DNA from: Acidimicrobiia bacterium
Lineage (GTDB): Bacteria; Actinomycetota; Acidimicrobiia; Spongiisociales; ZC4RG35
Direction of reading: 5' to 3'
Assembly (NCBI GenBank): GCA_965261135.1
Contig: OZ253443.1
Coordinates: forward strand, 1,424,521 to 1,488,520
Length of the DNA: 64,000 nucleotides
Shown piece by piece: positions 50,560-59,141 of the stretch. The first letter of the stretch is position 1. Each line of letters starts with the position of its first letter. The position numbers were made by a program, and so were the translations under genes. The notes below the pieces were generated by a model, which was not told where the DNA came from, did not search any database, and worked only from the letters and a program-made list of their open reading frames with translations.

Positions 50560-52317
50560 CTACGCCGAACCGCGCGTCGATCGGAGTCGCTGAATGAACC
50601 TGTCCCGGGGAAGGGTGTTCAACACCGCCTCGGCGCGGGCCCATCCCCGCCGGGCGTTGGCTACCCCGTATGACATTCTTCTCAACTCCGAGACATGATG
50701 GGAGTCGGTGGAGATGACCAGCATCACCCCCGTCGCCACCGCCCGGCGGATCACCTCGGGAGAGGCGTCGAGCCGATCGAGGGCGCCGTTCACCTCGAGC
50801 GCCACACTCTGGTCGGCCATGGCCTCAAGCACCGGGTCCAGCTCGAGCTCGATCCCCGGACGTCGCCCCAGCATTCTCCCGGTCAGATGACCGATGGCGG
50901 AAACCGCCGGGTCGGCCACCGCCCGGAGGAGCCTCTCGGTCTGCTGACGGGGAGTCAGGTCATAGTGGGAATGGATGGAAGCCACACACCAATCAAAGCC
51001 CAGCCGATATTCGGGGTCATAATCGAGATCCCCGTCGGCGGCGATGTTCAACTCACAGCCGAACAGAAGCTCGATCTCGGGATGACTCTTACCCAACTCC
51101 GCGATCTCCCCATGGTGCACTTCCATCTCGGCCCGCGAAAGTCCGTTGATGGCCAGGTCCTCTCCATGGTCGGTGATGGCCACGTACTCGAATCCGGCCC
51201 GAACCGCCGCCGCCACCATCTCTGCGGGAGAAGAGCGCCCGTCGCCTGACCGGTCGGTGTGAAAGTGAAGATCGCCGCGGATTTCCCCGACCGACACCAA
51301 TCGGGGAAGCTTCCCCTCCCGGGCCGCCTCGATCTCTCCGGTGTCCTCCCGAAGCTCGGGAGCCAGCCATTCCATTCCCAGCGCCGCATAGATCTCATCC
51401 TCGGTGCCCGATGCCACCGGATGATCGTCGCCCTCTGCGAAGAGGCCGTACTCGTTGAGAAGCCGGCTCTGTTCCATCGCCAGTTGCCGGAGCCGCACGT
51501 TGTGCGCCTTGGAACCGGTGAAATAGAGCATCGCCGCCCCCAGTTGCGAGGGGGAAACCACCCGTACATCCACTCCCAGCCCGCCCCGGGTCAGCACCGA
51601 AGTCTTGGTGGCGCCCGACAGAAGGGTCTCCTCCACCAGGGGATGGCCGGACACGGCCTCCATCACCTTCGACCGGCGTTCGGGGTCCGCCGCCACCACC
51701 AGATCCAGGTCGGCCACCGACTCGCGGAACCGTCGGGCGCTCCCACAGATCTCCACTGCCTCCACACCCTCCAGTTCGCCCAGATCCCTCCGGAGCGTCT
51801 CGGCGATCGGCAAGGCGATGACCAGCGGGATGCGCCGGTCCTTTCCCGCCAGGCCGAGCCGTTCCACCGCCCGGGCGATCTTGGCCTCGCTGACCGCACC
51901 CAACCCGGGAAGATCCCGCAGCCGGTGATCCGCCAAGGCCGCCAACAGATCGTCGAGGGACTCCACTCCCAGTTCACGGCGAATCATCTTCACGGTTTTG
52001 GGACCCAGTCCCGGGATGCGGGTCAACTCCCGGAACGCCGGAGGATACTTCGAGCGCAGGGCCTCGAGCTTTGCCACCCGGCCGGTCTCGGAGAACTCGA
52101 CGATGCTGGCTGCGATGCTCCGACCGATCCCCGCGATACCCTCGATCTCTTTGCCGCCGAGTGCGGCCACCTCCCTTCCCAGGTTCTCCACCGCTCGCCG
52201 CGCCCTCTCATAGGCCCGCACCTTGAAGGACTGCGGAGAACCATCGTCCAGGGTGGTGAGTTCAACCAGTTCGTCGAGCATTGCCAAGACCTGTCGATTG
52301 GAGGCCATCAGGGCCAA
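50560..52317 (-). CDS. polX: PolX-family DNA polymerase with a C-terminal PHP 3'-5' exonuclease domain
   Basis: Pol-beta-like N-terminal region (HhH; GSARR...DLDLVV) and PHP domain (GDLHFHTDRSGDG..., ITDHG). Confidence 0.85.
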   Translation of the reverse strand: MALMASNRQVLAMLDELVELTTLDDGSPQSFKVRAYERARRAVENLGREVAALGGKEIEGIAGIGRSIAASIVEFSETGRVAKLEALRSKYPPAFRELTRIPGLGPKTVKMIRRELGVESLDDLLAALADHRLRDLPGLGAVSEAKIARAVERLGLAGKDRRIPLVIALPIAETLRRDLGELEGVEAVEICGSARRFRESVADLDLVVAADPERRSKVMEAVSGHPLVEETLLSGATKTSVLTRGGLGVDVRVVSPSQLGAAMLYFTGSKAHNVRLRQLAMEQSRLLNEYGLFAEGDDHPVASGTEDEIYAALGMEWLAPELREDTGEIEAAREGKLPRLVSVGEIRGDLHFHTDRSGDGRSSPAEMVAAAVRAGFEYVAITDHGEDLAINGLSRAEMEVHHGEIAELGKSHPEIELLFGCELNIAADGDLDYDPEYRLGFDWCVASIHSHYDLTPRQQTERLLRAVADPAVSAIGHLTGRMLGRRPGIELELDPVLEAMADQSVALEVNGALDRLDASPEVIRRAVATGVMLVISTDSHHVSELRRMSYGVANARRGWARAEAVLNTLPRDRFIQRLRSTRGSA

Positions 52318-52438
52318 ACCTCAATAGAACCGGCCCTTCGGAAAGCTCCAGAACTCACAGAGCAGAGAACTGACTCGATGAAACGGACACCGCCGGCCAT
52401 GGGATTGCTCGCCAGGGCCCGGGGAGTCACTGTTATGT

Positions 52439-52666
52439 CTAAACCGAAAACAGAGCCGCGCAGAAACTAAGCAAAATACCGAAGATCGTGATCACCCCTA
52501 TCACCACGACCCAACGGTAGGTCTTTCTGACGTAGCCGGACATTTCCTCAAGACGGTCGTCTTCCATCATCTTTTTCCCTTTCTGCTGCGTTCTTGGGCT
52601 TTTCGAGAGTGACACTCGATCCTCTGAGAATAGGGAAACGCCGTCTCCGTTAGTGCTGATATCCAA
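52439..52666 (-). CDS. Hypothetical small protein with a C-terminal TM helix
   Basis: 75-aa ORF in a lower-GC stretch; C-terminus YRWVVVIGVITIFGILLSFCAALF. No recognisable family. Confidence 0.3.
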   Translation of the reverse strand: MDISTNGDGVSLFSEDRVSLSKSPRTQQKGKKMMEDDRLEEMSGYVRKTYRWVVVIGVITIFGILLSFCAALFSV

Positions 52667-52676
52667 AATGGCCCAA

Positions 52677-53168
52677 CTATTGAATTGAAATAGAAGCTGT
52701 GCTTGCCCTCAGGAGATCTACCAACTCGGCGGGATCGACTTCTATCTGCAATCCGCGTTTTCCGCCGCTCACCCATATGGTCGTGTAGCGCAAGGCTGAC
52801 TGGTCCACTACCACCGTCATTTTTCGGCGCTGCCCGAATGGACTGATGCCGCCTGGTACCTATCCGGTGAGGCGCTCCGCCTCTGGGGGCGACGCCATCC
52901 TCACCCGCCGGACCCCCGTAACTTTGGCCAGCTCCTTGACGCTGAGGCGAGCATCGGCCGAAACCAACCCCACCATGGGCCGGCCGTCGGCGAAGACCAC
53001 CAGGGTTTTGAAGAGCCTTGCCGGGTCGATACCCAACTGCTCGGCCACCGCCTGCCCGTAATCGGCTACCGCGTCGAAGTCCACCCGGTAGGAGTGCAAA
53101 CGAAAAGTTGTGTCCGCTCTCTGAAGGAAGACCGTTGCTCTCGTTACTCCCGTCCGCCTGGCGCTCAT
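52677..53168 (-). pseudogene. ybaK: YbaK/ProX-type Cys-tRNA(Pro) deacylase homolog interrupted by one in-frame TAG (+ strand 52860-52862) at the conserved Tyr of the TGY.VGG.SP.G motif
   Basis: Upstream part ...LFKTLVVFADGRPMVGLVSADARLSVKELAKV...PPEAERLTG, then [TAG], then VPGGISPFGQRRKMTVVVDQSALRYTTIWVSGGKRGLQIEVDPAELVDLL, all in the same frame. Confidence 0.7.
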
Positions 53169-53554
53169 CCGCTCCCAGGGTAGGGAACGAACTCGGCGTG
53201 GGACTGGGCGAAGACGGTGACCTCCCCCCAGAGCCACAGACGGGCGACGGACGCGGTCCGCACCGCCACTGTTCTCGGCGCTGGACGCCGATCCACCCGG
53301 CATCGGCACCAGACCAACCGGGCGCCGTTTGCCTCCGCCATCCGCACAGCGGCCTCCCGGGGAGGAGAGGCCACAGAAAAGGTGGCCGGAGCGGCTGCGA
53401 GCGCTGCGGCATCGGCCGCGGTCTGTGACCTGGTGCGAGCAGAGATCACCGCACCGATGTCCAACACCGCCACGGCCATCATCAAAAGCACTCCCACCAC
53501 CGCCACTCCCAGCACCGCCACCACTCCCCGCTCGCCTCTCCCTACCCCTGCCAT
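53165..53554 (-). CDS. TadE/TadG-like pilus assembly protein
   Basis: N-terminal RGERGVVAVLGVAVVGVLLMMAVAVLDIGA hydrophobic segment typical of TadE-like pseudopilins; last gene of the tad operon. Confidence 0.65.
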   Translation of the reverse strand: MAGVGRGERGVVAVLGVAVVGVLLMMAVAVLDIGAVISARTRSQTAADAAALAAAPATFSVASPPREAAVRMAEANGARLVWCRCRVDRRPAPRTVAVRTASVARLWLWGEVTVFAQSHAEFVPYPGSG

Positions 53555-53556
53555 CC

Positions 53557-53922
53557 TCAGCCTTCCCTCTGCATCACTGCCCGGCTGCGGAGCAGGACCA
53601 CCAACCTGTCCAAGAACGGCGTGACCGGCCGATACCGCATGGAGACCACCACCGTTACGGGGTGGCCCACCACCTGGGCGCCGGTCACCTCCACCCTGAC
53701 CTTTTCCGCCACCCCGACCGGCAGGGAGGATTTCACGGCCGCCGCCGCCCGAGCGGGGTCGGGATGGGTGGCCGCCGCCCGGGCGCCTTCCCGGGCGGCG
53801 GCCTCCATCTCGAGACGGGTAACGGCGATCATGAACAGCTCGGCCACCGCCACCAACACCATCAGGATGATGGGGATCACCAACGCCGCCTCCACCGCCA
53901 AAGAGCCCGTCTCCGATTTCAT
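53557..53922 (-). CDS. TadE-like protein
   Basis: GSLAVEAALVIPIILMVLVAVAELFM...AAAREGARAA, the TadE N-terminal motif. Confidence 0.7.
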   Translation of the reverse strand: MKSETGSLAVEAALVIPIILMVLVAVAELFMIAVTRLEMEAAAREGARAAATHPDPARAAAAVKSSLPVGVAEKVRVEVTGAQVVGHPVTVVVSMRYRPVTPFLDRLVVLLRSRAVMQREG

Positions 53923-53926
53923 CGGT

Positions 53927-54118
53927 CTAGAACCCGAACCCGATCTTGCCCTTGACGAAATCGAGCGCCTTCCGGAAGATCGATTCCAAGAGGTTGTCGC
54001 CGGATCCTTTCCGCACCCACTGCACCAACACCGTGGCGACGGCCACCACCGCCAGAACCACCAGGATGTACTCCACAGTGCCCTGACCCCGCTCGTCGCG
54101 GTCGAACCAAACCATCAT
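53927..54118 (-). CDS. Flp/Fap-type pilin (DUF4244-like)
   Basis: RDERGQGTVEYILVVLAVVAVATVLV contains the G-x4-EY Flp processing motif followed by a hydrophobic helix. Confidence 0.6.
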   Translation of the reverse strand: MMVWFDRDERGQGTVEYILVVLAVVAVATVLVQWVRKGSGDNLLESIFRKALDFVKGKIGFGF

Positions 54119-54199
54119 CCTGGTCCACAAAGCCAACATTTCCGACCTCCTTTGGTCGTCTTTTTGCCCGGCGTCCGGCCGGGGCGGGGGAAGGGGGAT

Positions 54200-54805
54200 T
54201 CATGTGCCGACCAGCCCGCCCAGCATCTCGGCCAAACGGGAAACCACCGGCGGTCCCACCAGAACCAGCAGGAAACCGGGGACGATCAGCAGCGTGAGCG
54301 GGACCGCCAGGGTCACCGGCAGAGAACGGATACGCGACAAAGACTCCATCCGGGTCTGGGAATGAAGGTTCTCCACATGGGTGAGTACCGCGCTCACCAG
54401 AGAAGCCCCCGAAGAGTGGGCGCCGGCCATCCTCCCGAGGAGTTCGCCCAGGAGGCCGACGCTTTCGGCCAGAGCGCGGGCCAGGCCTTCCTGGCGGCTG
54501 CGGCGAAGGGTTCGGGAGACCTCGGCGCGCAGTTGGGGATGGGCTTCGCCCGAAGCCATCACCAGCGCGTTGGCCAGGGAAACGCCTGCGGTGAGCGGCA
54601 CCACCAGCAGCCGTCCGAAAGAAATCACCTCCTCGGCGCCGGCCGACTTCGGTCGGGAACGGAACCGGCAAAGCGCCCACCAGGCCATCCCCGCGGAAAT
54701 AGCCAGCCACCACCACCGGAAGGGAACCGCGGCCGCCGCCAACAGCGCCAAGAGGCCGCCGGAGCCGGTCTTGGTTGTACCGAAGGGAACGCGCGCCCGG
54801 TTCAC
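54200..54805 (-). CDS. tadC: TadC-like type II secretion system F-domain membrane protein
   Basis: GTG start overlapping the tadB stop by 4 bp; ~200 aa polytopic protein with a T2SSF-like region. Confidence 0.7.
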   Translation of the reverse strand: MNRARVPFGTTKTGSGGLLALLAAAAVPFRWWWLAISAGMAWWALCRFRSRPKSAGAEEVISFGRLLVVPLTAGVSLANALVMASGEAHPQLRAEVSRTLRRSRQEGLARALAESVGLLGELLGRMAGAHSSGASLVSAVLTHVENLHSQTRMESLSRIRSLPVTLAVPLTLLIVPGFLLVLVGPPVVSRLAEMLGGLVGT

Positions 54806-55476
54806 GGAGTAGCCCTTTTGATCAGCACCAGCATCACCGCCACTCCCAGAGCCAGAAACGTCACCCCGGCAATGGTCAGAAAAGCCGAAAGGGCGTTGGC
54901 CGAAAGGCTCCGGGCCAGGTCCCCGCTGAGAATCCGATAGACGATCACCATCACCGGTATTCCCACAACCACCACCGCCGAGGTCCTCGCCTGGGCGGTG
55001 GCCGCTCTCCGTTCCTGACGGAGCTCGTCTTCCTCCAGCGCCAAGGCCGCCACGGAGTCGAAAACCTCCGCCACACGCCCTCCCGTGCGATCCGCCACCC
55101 GGAGGGCCGCCGAAGTCAGCGCCCCATGGACGGGCATCGCCTCTTTCACCGCCTGTGAGATCCGCTCCAGGGAAGCGCCGGAGGACACCAACCGCCGCAC
55201 CGGTCGGAAGTTGAGCCGGGACGATCGCTGGCCCGCCGCCGCCATCGCCGAGCGAACCCCCTGGCCGGACCGGAGCTCCCCGGCCACTCCCAACAGCACG
55301 TGCGCCTCTTCGGAGCACCCGCCTCTTTGCTTTCGTACCCGGCGGGCGTCGACTAGGACCAGTACCCCCAACAACACGGCCACCAGCCAGGGCTGAAGGA
55401 TCGCCGCGGCCAGCAAGACCACCAGCCGCCAGTCCATGCCGGCCGTCAAAGCCCAGCCCAGCACCACCGCGTTCAT
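54802..55476 (-). CDS. tadB: TadB-like type II secretion system F-domain membrane protein
   Basis: Start taken at MNAVVLGWALTAG...; polytopic, adjacent to the tadA stop. Confidence 0.7.
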   Translation of the reverse strand: MNAVVLGWALTAGMDWRLVVLLAAAILQPWLVAVLLGVLVLVDARRVRKQRGGCSEEAHVLLGVAGELRSGQGVRSAMAAAGQRSSRLNFRPVRRLVSSGASLERISQAVKEAMPVHGALTSAALRVADRTGGRVAEVFDSVAALALEEDELRQERRAATAQARTSAVVVVGIPVMVIVYRILSGDLARSLSANALSAFLTIAGVTFLALGVAVMLVLIKRATP

Positions 55477-56513
55477 GGCTGTCCTCCGCAGTGTTGGATG
55501 GCCGCCACCCGGCGACGACCGCGGTCTCTCTCCACTTGGATCACCACATCGATGGCCGAGCGGATCTGGGAGCGGATCGCATCGGCCGGCAGGTTCCCCG
55601 CGCCCGAGAGGGCCAAAGTCTCCAAACGCCACAGGGCCTCGGTGGGACTGTTGGCGTGCAGGGTGGACATGGAACCCGAATGCCCGGTGTTGAGAGCGTT
55701 GACCAGATCGAGCGCCTCGGGACCCCGGACCTCTCCCACCACGATCCGGTCGGGCCGGAGCCGGAGGGCGGAGCGGATCAACTGGCGGAGGGTGATGGCG
55801 CCCGCTCCCTCGGAGTTCGGGGGCCTGCCCTCCAGGCGCACCACATGGCCCCGGAGCCGGAGCTCGGCCGCATCTTCCACCACTACCACCCGCTCTCCCT
55901 CGGCCACCAGGCCGGAGAGGACGTTCAGCAGGGTGGTCTTTCCGGCGCCGGTCCCACCCGAGACCACCAGGTTCTTTCGTTCCTTGACCACAGCGGAAAG
56001 CTCATCGGCCTGATCGGGGGTCACAGAGCCCAACTCCACCAGCGCTTCGAGGTCTTCGGCTTGGGGAACGAACCGCCGCACCGCCACTATGGGATGGTCG
56101 ACGGCCGCCGGCGGAATAATGGCGTGGAGACGGCTCCCGTCCGCCAACCGGGCGTCGACCATCGGCGAGGCCCGGTCGATACGCAGGCCCAGGGGCGCGA
56201 TCACTCTCTCCACCGCAGCGGTGACCGCCTCGTCGCCGCCGAAGGAGATCCCGGTTCGCTCCAGATGCCCGGCGCGCTCCACCCACACCTCCGAAGGGGA
56301 GTTAACCAGCACATCAGTGACGTGCGGTTCCCGCAAGAGCGCCTCCAGGGGACCCAATCCGATCAGGGAGTCCACTACCTTCTCCACAACTCCGGGATCG
56401 GCCAGGGGCGCTTCGGTCGCCACCACTTTCTTGACGTGCCGGGTGAGAGTCGCCCGGTCGGTGGGAAAATCCGAGAGGAGCAGGGTGTCCACCAGCCGGT
56501 CGATCAGCGCCAT
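55473..56513 (-). CDS. tadA: TadA/CpaF pilus assembly ATPase
   Basis: Walker A VSGGTGAGKTTLLN, Walker B VVVVEDAAEL, and GHSGSMSTLHANS. Confidence 0.85.
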   Translation of the reverse strand: MALIDRLVDTLLLSDFPTDRATLTRHVKKVVATEAPLADPGVVEKVVDSLIGLGPLEALLREPHVTDVLVNSPSEVWVERAGHLERTGISFGGDEAVTAAVERVIAPLGLRIDRASPMVDARLADGSRLHAIIPPAAVDHPIVAVRRFVPQAEDLEALVELGSVTPDQADELSAVVKERKNLVVSGGTGAGKTTLLNVLSGLVAEGERVVVVEDAAELRLRGHVVRLEGRPPNSEGAGAITLRQLIRSALRLRPDRIVVGEVRGPEALDLVNALNTGHSGSMSTLHANSPTEALWRLETLALSGAGNLPADAIRSQIRSAIDVVIQVERDRGRRRVAAIQHCGGQP

Positions 56514-57097
56514 GACATCTCCCACACCCGCTCCCAGGCTCTCACCCAGCGCCGGGGAGGAAGCCCCGTGCCGGTGAGCATCCGCTGGATATGGGACCGG
56601 CCCAAAGGCGGCAGCACCACTCCCCTGAGCCGGGGAGGTGGTCCGGGAAGCACGGCCTGATAGACGGCGGGACCCGCCAGCGGGGGATGAAGGAATCCGG
56701 GCAGAAGAGGCGCCACCGGTACCACCGGCGCCTCGGAGACAGCGGGGGGAACACCCCGATCGGCTCCGAGCCGCAGCACCACCGCCGGCCAACCCGTCAC
56801 CAAGGCCTCCACCACTTCGGCGGCCTCCCGGGGGTTTATCGACCCATTGGGTAGCACCGCCACTCCCGAACGGAGCGGGCGGAGATCAGAAAGCCTCGGT
56901 TGGGAGATGACCAGCTTGGCCAGAGAGGTCGATCCCGGATAGGAGGGCGCCTCCTCATCGAGATCCACCACCAGCGCCGTTCCCCGTGCAGCCGCCAGCC
57001 CCAGCGGCGCCAGGGCATGCAACACCGGATCGACCGCGCATCTGACCGCCATCACCCGATAGCGCCAATCGCCCGCTGACTTGTGACCCAAAAACAT
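56504..57097 (-). CDS. Hypothetical protein, first gene of the tad operon; possibly a degenerate TadZ/CpaE-like protein lacking Walker A
   Basis: Positionally equivalent to CpaE/TadZ (upstream of tadA) but only 197 aa, Pro-rich, and without a GxxGxGK[ST] motif. Confidence 0.35.
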   Translation of the reverse strand: MFLGHKSAGDWRYRVMAVRCAVDPVLHALAPLGLAAARGTALVVDLDEEAPSYPGSTSLAKLVISQPRLSDLRPLRSGVAVLPNGSINPREAAEVVEALVTGWPAVVLRLGADRGVPPAVSEAPVVPVAPLLPGFLHPPLAGPAVYQAVLPGPPPRLRGVVLPPLGRSHIQRMLTGTGLPPRRWVRAWERVWEMSWR

Positions 57098-57319
57098 TGT
57101 TATACACTGTTATCTATCGTATCCACGCATATCAACCCCTGGGAGGCAGGTTTTTTCGCGGGCTTTCGAATGCGGGTCGGGCCGGGTGAGAATTTCTGGC
57201 TCTTCGGATCTGGGAGCGTGATGGTGGCGGGTAGGTTCCCGTTGGGTTTCCCGGTGTGGTGGAGTGTTGTGATTGGGTGGTCGGCAGCGGTTAAGGGAAC
57301 CCGGGCAGGTTCTTCTTGT

Positions 57320-58600
57320 TTAGTGTTGGTTTTTCCAACTTAGTGATATGTAGCAGTGTCTTGTCACACCCCTACGGTACAGTGATAAACATGAAAGAAA
57401 CAGCTGTAAACGGGCAAGTCACGAACGCGGCGCGGTTGTTGGCGCCCACCCTGTCTGTCGGAGAGGCGACCGTGGAACAGCTCCAGGAGCGGGTGCAGTC
57501 CACCATCCGAGTCGAGAACCAGGCCGCCGGGATCCGCGCTGAAGCGGTGGCGGAGTTGCGCCGCCGGGAAGGAACCGAGTTGGTAGAGACGGTGCTGCGG
57601 GAGGACGGTCTGCGGTCCCGCCGCCGGGCACGCTCGGAAGTGGAGACAGCTGCTGAACTTTCGGAATTGCCGAAGACTTCGGAGGGTCTGCGCAAGGGAG
57701 AGATTTCGTACGACAACGCGCGGATCATCGCGGGGGCATCGAAACGGGGAGAGATCGACGAGATCGAGCTAGGGGACGCGGCCCGTACCCAGTCTCCGGA
57801 TAAGTTCGCCGCAACGGTCCGCAAACACGAACAGCAACGCTCCCAAGACGACGGCATGTCAAAGTTGGAGCATCAGCGGTCCCGGCGGTTCGCCAAGATC
57901 AAAACCGATCTGACCGATGGGATGGTGGTTTTGTATGGTCGGTTCGATCCCATCACGGGCGCTCGGATCGAGACGGCGCTCTCAAGCAAAATGGATGAGC
58001 TATGGCGCGACGAGGACCCCCGCCACCGGTGCACCCCGGGTCAGCGGATGGCCGATGCTTTGGAGTTGCTTCTCGCCCGCCCCGGTGGGGACGATGATGG
58101 TCGGCCCCGGGGAGCCAGGTTGTTGCTGATCGCCGACTACGACGTGATCACAGGAGAACTCCGCAACGGGCGCCTACCCGATGGGACTCCTATCCCTACC
58201 CGCAAAATCCGTGACCTGGCGTGTGACGCCGAGATACTGCCCGCCATCTTCCGGGGAGCTTCACAACCCCTGGACCTGGGAAGATCACGACGGATCGCCA
58301 GCCCCGCCCAACGCATCACCCTGGTGGCCCGCGACCGAAAATGCATAGGATGCGGCGCGTCGGCCAACTGGTGTCAGGCCCACCACATCATCCCCTGGGC
58401 CGCCGAAGGCCCAACCGACCTCGACAACATGTGTCTGTTGTGCAGTCGCTGCCACCACAAAGTACATGACGACGGATGGCAAATACGCCGAACCGCCCCC
58501 GGAAAATACAACCTCCGCCCACCCTCCACCAAACACGGACGCCCACCCCGTCGGCGCAATCCCAACCGCCGCCGACACCGGGCCAAACAGAGAAAATAAC
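57320..58600 (+). repeat. Dispersed repeat copy 2 (REP13E12-like; leader plus complete DUF222/HNH gene)
   Basis: Direct repeat of 13992-15150; the upstream ~70 bp are shared as well. Confidence 0.8.
57391..58599 (+). CDS. DUF222 + HNH endonuclease family protein (REP13E12-like), copy 2, apparently intact
   Basis: Same motifs as copy 1, with a complete HNH tail CLLCSRCHHKVHDDGWQIRR and a basic C-terminus. Confidence 0.85.
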   Translation: MKETAVNGQVTNAARLLAPTLSVGEATVEQLQERVQSTIRVENQAAGIRAEAVAELRRREGTELVETVLREDGLRSRRRARSEVETAAELSELPKTSEGLRKGEISYDNARIIAGASKRGEIDEIELGDAARTQSPDKFAATVRKHEQQRSQDDGMSKLEHQRSRRFAKIKTDLTDGMVVLYGRFDPITGARIETALSSKMDELWRDEDPRHRCTPGQRMADALELLLARPGGDDDGRPRGARLLLIADYDVITGELRNGRLPDGTPIPTRKIRDLACDAEILPAIFRGASQPLDLGRSRRIASPAQRITLVARDRKCIGCGASANWCQAHHIIPWAAEGPTDLDNMCLLCSRCHHKVHDDGWQIRRTAPGKYNLRPPSTKHGRPPRRRNPNRRRHRAKQRK

Positions 58601-58638
58601 CCACCACTCCAGCCCACTCCCACAGCCGGAGTTCTCTG

Positions 58639-59115
58639 CTAAGAGCGGAGCCGCACTATTCCACCGCCGTCGATCACCTCTTCGATGGGATCGATCCAGT
58701 CGTCTGTGGCCAGGGCCGAAAGGATGCCGGACAGCACTCCCCGGTCGACGAGAACCGGAGGGGTGATCGAGACCAGCCCCGAGCGGTCGAGACTTCCCTC
58801 CACCCAGCCGCCCTCCACCACCTTCACCGCCTCGGAGACCGTCCGAGCAGACACCACCGCGTCCCAGCCCCCCTCCATATCGGCCGCCATCGCATCAAGT
58901 TCTTCTTTGGCCGGCGGGGATGAGCTTCCGGCGAAGGCCACTACCTGAACCGTCGGTGGCAACCACTCGAGGGCTTCTTTCACCGCCCAGGTCCTGATCA
59001 TCAACCCTTCGCTCCCCACCGCGATCTCCGGCGGGAAAAAGACCGCGGTTTGCCCGGAGACACAGAGACGAGTGGAAGACTGTTGTCGGGGCAGCATGGC
59101 TGGCTCGGCTGACAA
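58639..59115 (-). CDS. Hypothetical protein
   Basis: 158-aa ORF divergent from ispD; no confidently recognisable domain. Confidence 0.4.
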   Translation of the reverse strand: MSAEPAMLPRQQSSTRLCVSGQTAVFFPPEIAVGSEGLMIRTWAVKEALEWLPPTVQVVAFAGSSSPPAKEELDAMAADMEGGWDAVVSARTVSEAVKVVEGGWVEGSLDRSGLVSITPPVLVDRGVLSGILSALATDDWIDPIEEVIDGGGIVRLRS

Positions 59116-59141
59116 GAGTCACCTACCCTACCCGTAGTCTG

